This document shows positions 17,114 to 25,499 of a DNA stretch of 64,000 nucleotides, piece after piece. The translations under genes were made by a program, and so were the position numbers. Position 1 is the first letter of the stretch. Each line of letters opens with the position of its first letter. This DNA comes from a virus, in the IMG/VR virus record IMGVR_UViG_3300043015_002491, positions 58,510 to 122,509 of that record; one strand, 5' to 3'. The notes under the pieces were generated by a model. The model was not told the origin of the DNA, did not search any database, and saw only the letters and a list, made by a program, of their open reading frames with translations.

Positions 17114-19489
17114 TTACTTAAGTTTTGATATATTATTTTCCTTTATTACCGTTATAATGTTATCAGCCCAGTCCTTAACCATATCATTTTGAGTAATGAA
17201 GAAAACTATGTCAAACATATCAGAAACTCTCTCGAAAAGTGGTTTCATATTAGGTAAGTTATCCGCTGCAACCCTACCCATAACCTCATCGAATACAATA
17301 AAGTTAGGTGTTGGTAATGATGACATCTTACCTAAGACACATCTAAGGGCAATACTTGAAGTTGTTAATTCAAATCCACTACCAGACTTCAATGGTTTCT
17401 CTACACCGTCTTTAATTAATAAATATTTAACTTCATTCTTATCGTCAATATAAACTTCAACCTCAAAGTCTGTAATATCTTCTAATAATCTTTGTAACTC
17501 ACCATTAATGATAGGTAAAACACTTCTAAGTATTAATTTACTAATACCCTTTTTACCAATCATGTCAATATAAATCTTAAAGATTCTATCAATCTCTTTT
17601 TCTTTACCGATAGTAACTATTAACTTCTCTTTAGTTTCAATATCCTTAGTATTAGAACTAACACTTATAGCTATATCCTTTAAAGCATCATTAATTAAAT
17701 CTTTTTGTCTATCAGATACAACTATTTTAGTATCTACTTGACTGATTTCGATATCAATCTCTTTATTCTTGTCAATAGCTTCTAAATTAGCGTTATATTT
17801 CTTTAAGTCACTCATCTTTTCCTTCAAAGTAACCCTAAATGAGTCAATCTCAACTTCAAGACGGTCTTTTTGTAATTCTAATTTATTTTTATTTTCGATT
17901 AATTTCTTAGAATCAGACATCCCAGTTATTTCAGTCTCAATATCTTTTAACTTTCTTTCAGCCGTCTCCTTTTCTCTCTTAATATTTTCAATAGTACCAT
18001 TATGTTCAGCGATATGTTTACTATTATCCACATCATCCAATGGTCTATTACAAGCTTTACATATTCCACTCTTAATTAAATCCTCTACAACACCTTCTAA
18101 TCTAGTAATTTCAGCTTCTTTAACAGCAATATCACTACTAGTTTTAGTTTTTTCTTTATTAAGTCTAAAATCTTTCTCTTCATCAAAATCAACCTTACCT
18201 ATTTCTTTGATTTTAGATTCTATTTCTTGAATTGTCTTCTTATGTACTTTACCATTAGCAGTAATAGTGTCAATTTCAGTTTGAAGTGTCTTAGGGTTAA
18301 GCGCTAACACTTCATCATCAATCTTAATCTTTGATGTAGCTAATCTTAATTTCTCGTCTTGTAATTTCTTATTAACTTTTTTCTCAATTTCTAATTCATT
18401 TTCTTTGACACCCTTATCTTTCTCTAGTTGTATTAAATTTTCCTTATGTGTTTCAATCTCTTCTTTAAGAGTTTCGATATCATAAAGATTAGACTTCATT
18501 GTTTTAGTAAAGGTATTATGCATTTTCCTAACAATACTCTCCTTTTCAGAAAGAACTTCTAAACCAATAAATCTAGTTAGTAATTTACCAGATTCACCAG
18601 CTGTTGAATCAACTAAATCGTCAAGGTTCTTTGATGTTGCTAATACAACCAAATCGAAGTCTTTTTCAGTACCAATAGTATCCTTAATCAATTCAGTTGT
18701 TTTTCTAGCATCTTCATCATTCATCTCTTCTTCTTCACCATCTGGTAGTATTCTATAATAAGATAACTTATTAGTTACATTCCAACCACCTTTTCTCTTT
18801 GGTTTTCTCTCAAGATATCTTTCAATAATGAATTCATCTTCACCTTCAATTTCCATCATACCTCTAACAATAAGGTCTTTTTCTTCATTAAACTGGTTAA
18901 ACACCTCAACATTCTTATCAGTCTTAGTTGTTTTACCAAAGAATAAGAATTTAACAGCATCAATTGTAAGTGTTGTCTTTCCACCCTGGTTCGCTGGCTG
19001 GGAATTAATTACTGTAAAACCCTTATACTTGTCTACTGGAAAATAATTACCATTACCAAATGATAAGAAATTATTCACCATAAGCCATGATAGTTTATAC
19101 TTTTTATGTAATGTTTCTTCTAAATCATATTCTAATTCAGCGTTAACTTTATCGTCTAAAGCTATGATTCTATCGAAATCAACATCGTCTTTACCTTCTC
19201 TAGTAAGCCATTCTTTAAAAAGGCTTCTTTGGTATGGTATACTCATGATATTGTCAATAGTGGCACCATCAATCTTAATTTCTTTACCAGACTTATCAAC
19301 CTTAACTGGTCTATAAACAACATTAATATTTTGTGTTGGTATTCCGTACTTATTTGAAAAATACTTCTTTACTCTAGCTCTAGATTCCCTAGAGTAGTTC
19401 TCTGGTTTGTCATCCCAATACACCTTAATCTTTGCATAAGGTGGTATACTAACTTTGTTTGTTTCTACTATTTCTTTTTCCTGTTCCAT
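17114..19489 (-). CDS. sbcC: SbcC/Rad50 (T4 gp46-like) SMC ATPase with N-terminal extension
   Basis: NNFLSFG, Walker A NQGGKTT, coiled coils, Zn hook CKAC, signature SGSGFE, Walker B FIVFDE. Confidence 0.9.
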   Translation of the reverse strand: MEQEKEIVETNKVSIPPYAKIKVYWDDKPENYSRESRARVKKYFSNKYGIPTQNINVVYRPVKVDKSGKEIKIDGATIDNIMSIPYQRSLFKEWLTREGKDDVDFDRIIALDDKVNAELEYDLEETLHKKYKLSWLMVNNFLSFGNGNYFPVDKYKGFTVINSQPANQGGKTTLTIDAVKFLFFGKTTKTDKNVEVFNQFNEEKDLIVRGMMEIEGEDEFIIERYLERKPKRKGGWNVTNKLSYYRILPDGEEEEMNDEDARKTTELIKDTIGTEKDFDLVVLATSKNLDDLVDSTAGESGKLLTRFIGLEVLSEKESIVRKMHNTFTKTMKSNLYDIETLKEEIETHKENLIQLEKDKGVKENELEIEKKVNKKLQDEKLRLATSKIKIDDEVLALNPKTLQTEIDTITANGKVHKKTIQEIESKIKEIGKVDFDEEKDFRLNKEKTKTSSDIAVKEAEITRLEGVVEDLIKSGICKACNRPLDDVDNSKHIAEHNGTIENIKREKETAERKLKDIETEITGMSDSKKLIENKNKLELQKDRLEVEIDSFRVTLKEKMSDLKKYNANLEAIDKNKEIDIEISQVDTKIVVSDRQKDLINDALKDIAISVSSNTKDIETKEKLIVTIGKEKEIDRIFKIYIDMIGKKGISKLILRSVLPIINGELQRLLEDITDFEVEVYIDDKNEVKYLLIKDGVEKPLKSGSGFELTTSSIALRCVLGKMSSLPTPNFIVFDEVMGRVAADNLPNMKPLFERVSDMFDIVFFITQNDMVKDWADNIITVIKENNISKLK

Positions 19490-20034
19490 AAATCACTTAT
19501 ATTTGAACCGAAGAAGCCTTGTTTACCTTCTCCGTATATGTCATTATCTTCTTCTTTTGGTTTAGCTTTCTCCGCTTCTAATTCTTCTTTTAGTTGTGAA
19601 ATTTCTTTAGTTAAATCGGATATTTTCCCATTAAGTGTGTCGATTTCATCAAGTTGTTTATTCCTTAATTGACTTGTTTCTTGCATAGCAGCAGCACTCT
19701 TAAGTTTTTCAGAAGCTAATTTACTTCTAACATCTTTTAGTTCTATTTGTAACTTATTAACTACTTCATCATCAGTTACAAATACTTCCTTCTCAACAAT
19801 TTTCTCAACTTCCCTCACCACTTCAACTGGTACTTCCTTAATAACCTCTTTTTCTACAATCTTTTCAACTTCCACTTCTTTTATTTCGGCTGGTTTATCC
19901 CATGGAGTAGCACCAAACTTCTCAGACGTAAAACCTTGTCTTACCATCTTTATTATAAAGTCATCTACCCCAGAGATATCATTCAAACGGCAATATTCCC
20001 AGATTTCATCTTTAAGTTGTTTTGGTAACTCCAT
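19468..20034 (-). CDS. Hypothetical coiled-coil protein with EV/EK-rich repeats
   Basis: EVEVEKIVEKEVIKEVPVEVVREVEKIVEKEV; sits between sbcD and sbcC, overlapping both. Confidence 0.75.
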   Translation of the reverse strand: MELPKQLKDEIWEYCRLNDISGVDDFIIKMVRQGFTSEKFGATPWDKPAEIKEVEVEKIVEKEVIKEVPVEVVREVEKIVEKEVFVTDDEVVNKLQIELKDVRSKLASEKLKSAAAMQETSQLRNKQLDEIDTLNGKISDLTKEISQLKEELEAEKAKPKEEDNDIYGEGKQGFFGSNISDLWNRKKK

Positions 20035-20849
20035 TATAAATTAGTTAATTGTTCAGTACCATTATCTAAATCATCCAATGATGTTACCTTGAATTGATAG
20101 AAACCATAATCAGTTTCAATATCATGCTCTTCAAATGTTCTTGATTCTACATCCCACCATAAGAAACCATGCTTACTTACAGTCTCCCCAAAGTTTTGTT
20201 GAATAAGACTAGACGGATACGCAATTGGGATGCCCTTGTAATTAAACACTTGTCTCTTGTGGATATCACCAAGTAACACCATATCACAACCTTCAAAGTG
20301 TTCTAACGCTGTTGCTTCGTCAAATTCATATCCGATATCGGTAGTAGCCCCAATAATTGGTGCATGATAAAGCCCTATATAAGTTTTATCATCGCCATGT
20401 TCTGTTCTACCTTCTTCAATATTAGGTCTAGTATTTTCTTCAAATATTGAATAGTTACACCATACAATATTTTCATCTAAATAACACTTAGATTCCTTGT
20501 AATATTTAATATCTAAGTCTGGTAGTAGTTGTACCATTGGTGTGATGCTATCAACTCTATCCTTATTATTTTCTAATAAGTCATGATTCCCAGCTACGAT
20601 TACAACTGGTGCAATCTTCTCTAGTTTTCTAAGGAACCATGTACCAAGTATAAGAAGTTCATTGGAAATCGTAATCTTCTGGTGAACATAATCACCAACT
20701 ATAACGATTCTTATTTCTTCTCTCTCATATCCTTTAACCATTTCTCTAATGGTCTTAAGGAAAGTTTTAAATGCTGCTCCGTATTCATCGTGCATCCTAT
20801 ATGTTCTTATGTGAATATCAGCAATATGTATTATTTTTTTTACTTTCAT
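20034..20849 (-). CDS. sbcD: SbcD/Mre11 (T4 gp47-like) metallophosphoesterase nuclease
   Basis: HIADIH, GDYVH, AGNHD, LYHAP, LGDIHK, YPSSLIQQNFGE. Confidence 0.9.
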   Translation of the reverse strand: MKVKKIIHIADIHIRTYRMHDEYGAAFKTFLKTIREMVKGYEREEIRIVIVGDYVHQKITISNELLILGTWFLRKLEKIAPVVIVAGNHDLLENNKDRVDSITPMVQLLPDLDIKYYKESKCYLDENIVWCNYSIFEENTRPNIEEGRTEHGDDKTYIGLYHAPIIGATTDIGYEFDEATALEHFEGCDMVLLGDIHKRQVFNYKGIPIAYPSSLIQQNFGETVSKHGFLWWDVESRTFEEHDIETDYGFYQFKVTSLDDLDNGTEQLTNL

Positions 20850-20850
20850 A

Positions 20851-21057
20851 CTATAATTTACTTAATTTTTCTAAATAATGTTCTGACTCAACTGCTAAAT
20901 AAAATAACATATCTAATCTTTCAGAATCAAATATAATATTTTTTTCTTCTTCAGACAAGTTATTAAAATTATTAATTAAAAATTTTAACTTTTCATTAAT
21001 ATTAATAAAACCACTTATAGTGTCATCAATATTTCTAGCGATATCGTTTTTATCCAT
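20851..21057 (-). CDS. Hypothetical protein
   Basis: 68 aa, overlaps upstream stop. Confidence 0.6.
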   Translation of the reverse strand: MDKNDIARNIDDTISGFININEKLKFLINNFNNLSEEEKNIIFDSERLDMLFYLAVESEHYLEKLSKL

Positions 21058-22000
21058 TTTTCTTTTTTATTTCTTCAGCTAATAATTGTTTTCTCTTTTT
21101 ATCTCTGGAAGCAAATCTCTTTTTCTCAGCAAATACTCCATCAATTCTTGGTAATGGGTCCATTGTTAATACCTTCGTATAAAATGATTTCTCAATCTTA
21201 TATTCAGTGAATTTACCATCATCTGTTAAGTGAACAATGATAGCACCTAAGAATTTAAGGTTTTCATACTTTGTACCCTTAAGCATATCCATTATAAGTC
21301 TAGCATATAATGGTAATTGAATCTTATAATGACTTAACGCTGTGTCTGGCCATTCTTCAAATGGTTCCAGCATTTGTTCAGTATATGAATGCACTTCAAA
21401 GTTTTTTGGCTTATTCGTTTTCCAATCTGTCACTATAAACCCTAGTACACCATTCTCATCAAATATAACCCAAACCTTATCTGGTTGACCTGTATAACCT
21501 AACTCTGGGCTACCTAATACCATCTCTGTATCAAGAAGTATAGCACCTCTACGATGCATAAGACGAATAAAATCATGACCAGCATCAATCATGTTATTAC
21601 CATCAATAATTTGTTGTTCATCACAATCAAATATGGGTTTTCTTACTTCCTTATATGAACCATATTGAGCCAATAAATCAGTTTCTAACAAATAGTGAAC
21701 TCTTGAACCCTTATTATTAGCGTAATCAGCTGTACCTTGCCATTGAGTTAACAATTCATCTTGTGCTACTAAATCACCATTAGTCATTTGCCATGACTTA
21801 TCTAATGATGGAAAATCATTATAAAATTGTTTTATAACTGTAGATACACTAGGATAATCTGAACGTATCTTACCATTCAAATCTCTCATGTAGTAAGTGT
21901 GTGTATCTTCAACAAAGGATAAGTCAAGTTCTTTTTGTCTTTGCTCAATTACATCTCTTATTTCTTTTGCAATTTTTTTTAATTCTTCTTTATTATCCAC
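21050..22000 (-). CDS. PD-(D/E)XK exonuclease (RecB/Cas4-like superfamily)
   Basis: F.EDTHTY, PSVST, GSRVH..LE, GQPD, TDWKTNK, YKIQLPLYA. Confidence 0.85.
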   Translation of the reverse strand: MDNKEELKKIAKEIRDVIEQRQKELDLSFVEDTHTYYMRDLNGKIRSDYPSVSTVIKQFYNDFPSLDKSWQMTNGDLVAQDELLTQWQGTADYANNKGSRVHYLLETDLLAQYGSYKEVRKPIFDCDEQQIIDGNNMIDAGHDFIRLMHRRGAILLDTEMVLGSPELGYTGQPDKVWVIFDENGVLGFIVTDWKTNKPKNFEVHSYTEQMLEPFEEWPDTALSHYKIQLPLYARLIMDMLKGTKYENLKFLGAIIVHLTDDGKFTEYKIEKSFYTKVLTMDPLPRIDGVFAEKKRFASRDKKRKQLLAEEIKKKNG

Positions 22001-22075
22001 ACTTATCTATTAAATCTTTTTATTAAATCATTTCTATATTCGTTATAAGTCATACTTTTAATTTTACAATTAAAA

Positions 22076-22115
22076 CAAATATACCCATTTTTTAGTTAAA
22101 AATCAATATATTTAT
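22076..22115. promoter_or_regulatory. Divergent promoters: ATTG-N20-TATATTTG (minus) and ATATTTAT (plus)
   Basis: caaatata 22076-22083 with caa 22104-22106; atatttat 22108-22115, 14 nt before ATG 22130. Confidence 0.6.
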
Positions 22116-22129
22116 AGTAAAAGGAAAAA

Positions 22130-22621
22130 ATGAAGAATTTTATAAAACAAAAATTAAGGGAAAACCTAAATTTATCAACATTATCTTTATATAGTAAGGT
22201 AGATATTTCTGATGATGAGAAATTAAGGATAAAAAATCTTAAATGGTCTGATTTAATTTTAGAACCACAAAATGAAATGTCACCAGTGCAGATTAAAGTT
22301 GATTTCCCATGGGAGAGTGAAGTTTCAAAAGGCATTGCTTTAGATATCACTTTAGTTAAAGATATGTTTTATCAAATTCACATTTCATTAGATGAAAATC
22401 TTAGAGGGTTAGGTTTAGGTTATAAAATATATAAAGCTATTATAATGAATTTTGGCCATGTTTATTCTGGTAAAGGTAGGAGACTTAATAGTTTAGAAGT
22501 ACCTAAGATTTGGGATAAATTATCTAAAGATTCAGATATAACATGTGTTTCTAACGATATAGCTGATATGTGTGTTGCTAATAACGCACCAAATAAAGAT
22601 GAGTTATTAAATAATTTCTAA
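22130..22621 (+). CDS. GNAT-fold protein with capsid-targeting-like leader
   Basis: Acetyl-CoA motif A ISLDENLRGLGLGYKIY, later KIWDKL; leader MKNFIKQKLRE. Confidence 0.7.
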   Translation: MKNFIKQKLRENLNLSTLSLYSKVDISDDEKLRIKNLKWSDLILEPQNEMSPVQIKVDFPWESEVSKGIALDITLVKDMFYQIHISLDENLRGLGLGYKIYKAIIMNFGHVYSGKGRRLNSLEVPKIWDKLSKDSDITCVSNDIADMCVANNAPNKDELLNNF

Positions 22622-23559
22622 TACAACTTATGTTCTGGTACCTTAGATGAATTTCTAAGTAATTTAACAATACCCTTTGGTCCTAATTTTTCAAATATAC
22701 TTGATGGGTCGTGACCATAAGGTGGTGTACATAACATTATTCTGTTATAAAGCTTACCAGTATTCAATTCTCTATAAATCCTTAATGCATCATCATGAGC
22801 ATCCTCATCTAACACAATAACTATCTTACCTCTAGCTTTATTATAGAGTGTTAATTTTAATTTATCTGGTAATGATTTACCAAGTATAGCTATTGAATTA
22901 GGTATAACTATATGGTCAAATGCACCTTCAACTAAATAAATGGTCGCATCCCAATTAATTTTATCCTCATTGAATATAATTAAATTTTTAAGTGCATCTG
23001 GATTAAGATACTTTGGTTTTTTCCATTTATCCCAAGCTCTACCAACAAAGAAATTAAGGTCGCCAAATTCATCATAAGATGGTAGTATTATCCTATCATG
23101 GTATTTACCCTTTATAGTATAACCAATATTATAATACTTAATCATATCATCGGTAATACCCCTTTTCTTTAAGTATTCGTAAGCGTTATTAAATTTAAAA
23201 TAATTTGAATTTTCTAATGTAAGTGGTATAAACCCTTCTGGTAGATGTACTTCTGTTGGAGTTTGTTCTAAATCTACAACGTAATCATCCTCTGGCTTAA
23301 CTAAATTATATTCTTTAAGTATTTGTTTATTACCATATCTCTTAATAAGGTACGGAATCTTACCATGCATGTTGTGTTCGAAACCACATACCCAACATCT
23401 GAATATGTTTTTCTTGTAGTTTACAGCTAATTTATGTTTACCCTTACCTTTACCATGTTCAGCACAAGAAGGACAATCAAAAGATAATTGCCCCTTCTCT
23501 TCATTATGCTCGGCTGGTTCACCAAGGAATTGTTTAAATATACTTGTAATCATACTCAT
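22618..23559 (-). CDS. dnaG: DNA primase (Zn finger + TOPRIM)
   Basis: CPSC...FRCWVC, YLKKRGI, RIILP, GRA, KYLNP, LVEGAFD, LDED; start likely 23559 or 23553 because a promoter overlaps 23565. Confidence 0.85.
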   Translation of the reverse strand: MSMITSIFKQFLGEPAEHNEEKGQLSFDCPSCAEHGKGKGKHKLAVNYKKNIFRCWVCGFEHNMHGKIPYLIKRYGNKQILKEYNLVKPEDDYVVDLEQTPTEVHLPEGFIPLTLENSNYFKFNNAYEYLKKRGITDDMIKYYNIGYTIKGKYHDRIILPSYDEFGDLNFFVGRAWDKWKKPKYLNPDALKNLIIFNEDKINWDATIYLVEGAFDHIVIPNSIAILGKSLPDKLKLTLYNKARGKIVIVLDEDAHDDALRIYRELNTGKLYNRIMLCTPPYGHDPSSIFEKLGPKGIVKLLRNSSKVPEHKLY

Positions 23560-23564
23560 TATCA

Positions 23565-23596
23565 CAAATATATGATAAAATATTTAAATAAACAAA
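23565..23596 (-). promoter_or_regulatory. Bacteroidota-type sigmaA promoter
   Basis: TTTG-N20-TATATTTG. Confidence 0.7.
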
Positions 23597-23597
23597 T

Positions 23598-24242
23598 TTA
23601 TTCCCAACTACCTTCTTTTTTCATTATAGCTCTAACACAACAATAAGCATCTGTCATATCGTAATTTTCTTTCTTTAGGGTTTTTGTTTTTGTATAAAGC
23701 CAAGTGATTTGTGGTTCTAAATCAGAAACTTTTTCCCATACAACAATCTTTTTATCAATGTCCCAAGGATAAGCACCAAATAATACTGGATTTTTCTTTG
23801 AAATTTCTTTATCGGTATAAGGTTCACCCTTTTTATTATGAGTTCTTACAGCCATTAATTCTGGGAACGCATACTTTCTAGAGTCATATGATGAAATAAA
23901 TTCTGGTACAACACCAAGTGTATCATAAACAGACCTAGAAACCATACCATTAAATCTAAGTAATGTGGCAACAGTATTTACGTTATTAGAACGTAATAAA
24001 GGTTCTTCTATTATCACTCTAGAAATCCCTACATCAGCATACTTATTCAAGAATTCTTCCTCAAATATTCTAGCTTTTTCAAATAATTCCTGTAATTTAT
24101 CTTTTGGCATAGGTTTAATCTTTGGAGACACATGGTGTAATAGTTTTAATTTGCCCTTACCACCTAAATCTTCAAATAAAGCAATACCAATCGTTTTTGT
24201 TGATACGTCTAAACCTAGAATAAGTTTATTATTTTCACTCAT
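23598..24242 (-). CDS. ruvC: RuvC-like Holliday junction resolvase
   Basis: ILGLDVSTKTIG, VIIEE, YDMTDA acidic active-site pattern. Confidence 0.8.
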   Translation of the reverse strand: MSENNKLILGLDVSTKTIGIALFEDLGGKGKLKLLHHVSPKIKPMPKDKLQELFEKARIFEEEFLNKYADVGISRVIIEEPLLRSNNVNTVATLLRFNGMVSRSVYDTLGVVPEFISSYDSRKYAFPELMAVRTHNKKGEPYTDKEISKKNPVLFGAYPWDIDKKIVVWEKVSDLEPQITWLYTKTKTLKKENYDMTDAYCCVRAIMKKEGSWE

Positions 24243-24292
24243 ATACTTAATTTTTTACTAAGTATAACCTATAATACCCAAATGTAAAGTGT

Positions 24293-25498
24293 TTAATAAT
24301 TAATCGTTACATTAAATGCTACCATATCATCAATTGGTTTATAATACGTTGCATTTAACTTACCAATAGCTATTAATGTACCAGAATTATCATATAAACC
24401 AAGTTCGGTAATTCTAGGTGTATCACCTTCTGCCCAAGTAGGGTTAGATGATGCTCCAAACTCACCCCTTTCAGCAATACAAGTTATCGATTGAGATACA
24501 GTAGTTCTTAAATGGTTGAATGTTATTGAAGTACCAGTTGCACTAGCTGAACCTTCAATAAAATCATTTACTATTGTAGGTTCTGTTATCACCATAAACC
24601 CACTATCTAAATAAGCTATACCTACTGGTGTATCAGCAGTAAGACTTAAACCTTCATTATTAGTAAAGTTATAAGTTTCTTTACCATTAATACTAAATGC
24701 TTTGTTAGATGCGTAACCAGTAGACCATGATTTAGTAGCATCACCACCATTAGGTTTAACTATATCATCTGAAAATAAAAGAGCTCTGTTAGGACCAAAA
24801 ACACTTAAATTATTTGATGTATCTGAAACATCATTATCTAATAAATTAAGACTTCTATTAGTCTTTTCGTAAGTACTATAAATGTTAAACGTGTTAGCTG
24901 TATTAGATAATGTCATATTAATTGATTTACCATCAATCACTTCTCCATATTCGTTATTATCAATACCAATAACTAATATTTTAGTTTGAGCTAAACCACT
25001 GTAAGCTGTATTTTGATACCCGCCAGAATTTATTGTTGTTGCAGTAAATGTATTGAAATCTTGTGAAGTAATTGGTAAACCAAACGATTGAAATAGATTT
25101 GTTAATGAATCTGTAGACACATTACTTAAGGATATTTTATTTTGAGTAATCACATCACCACTGTAATTAATTGTTTTATAACCAAGTGGTGTAAATGTCG
25201 TGTTTATAGATATTGATGCGGATTCAACAGGTTTTTTGTCAGTAGTGGCATCATAAGCTAAACTATTTCTAACCACATAATTAACACCACCATTATTAAT
25301 ATCAGAACCATTATTGTTTCCACCCATACCTGGTACTTCACCCATACCAAGTCCAATATCAGTACCGTAATATGAGTCTGAATCCCCAAGATTAAAAAAT
25401 CTTACAAGATTATTATCATTTGTTATAAGCCTTCTTCTACCTTCTGGTGTAAGTTTAGCTGTTAATTGTATTGTTGTTCCTGTACTTAAATATCCCAT
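24293..25498 (-). CDS. Baseplate/tail-fibre attachment protein (P2 gpH N-terminal-like fold with insertion)
   Basis: N-term LTPEGRRRL...LGDSD; C-term ITELGLYDNSGTLIAIGKL; start likely MGYL at 25498. Confidence 0.7.
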   Translation of the reverse strand: MGYLSTGTTIQLTAKLTPEGRRRLITNDNNLVRFFNLGDSDSYYGTDIGLGMGEVPGMGGNNNGSDINNGGVNYVVRNSLAYDATTDKKPVESASISINTTFTPLGYKTINYSGDVITQNKISLSNVSTDSLTNLFQSFGLPITSQDFNTFTATTINSGGYQNTAYSGLAQTKILVIGIDNNEYGEVIDGKSINMTLSNTANTFNIYSTYEKTNRSLNLLDNDVSDTSNNLSVFGPNRALLFSDDIVKPNGGDATKSWSTGYASNKAFSINGKETYNFTNNEGLSLTADTPVGIAYLDSGFMVITEPTIVNDFIEGSASATGTSITFNHLRTTVSQSITCIAERGEFGASSNPTWAEGDTPRITELGLYDNSGTLIAIGKLNATYYKPIDDMVAFNVTINY

Positions 25499-25499
25499 G

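Noticed and set aside
21050..22000. Cas4 call for the PD-(D/E)XK nuclease
   Set aside because: Lacks the four-Cys Fe-S cluster pattern and any CRISPR context; a generic phage exonuclease is more apt
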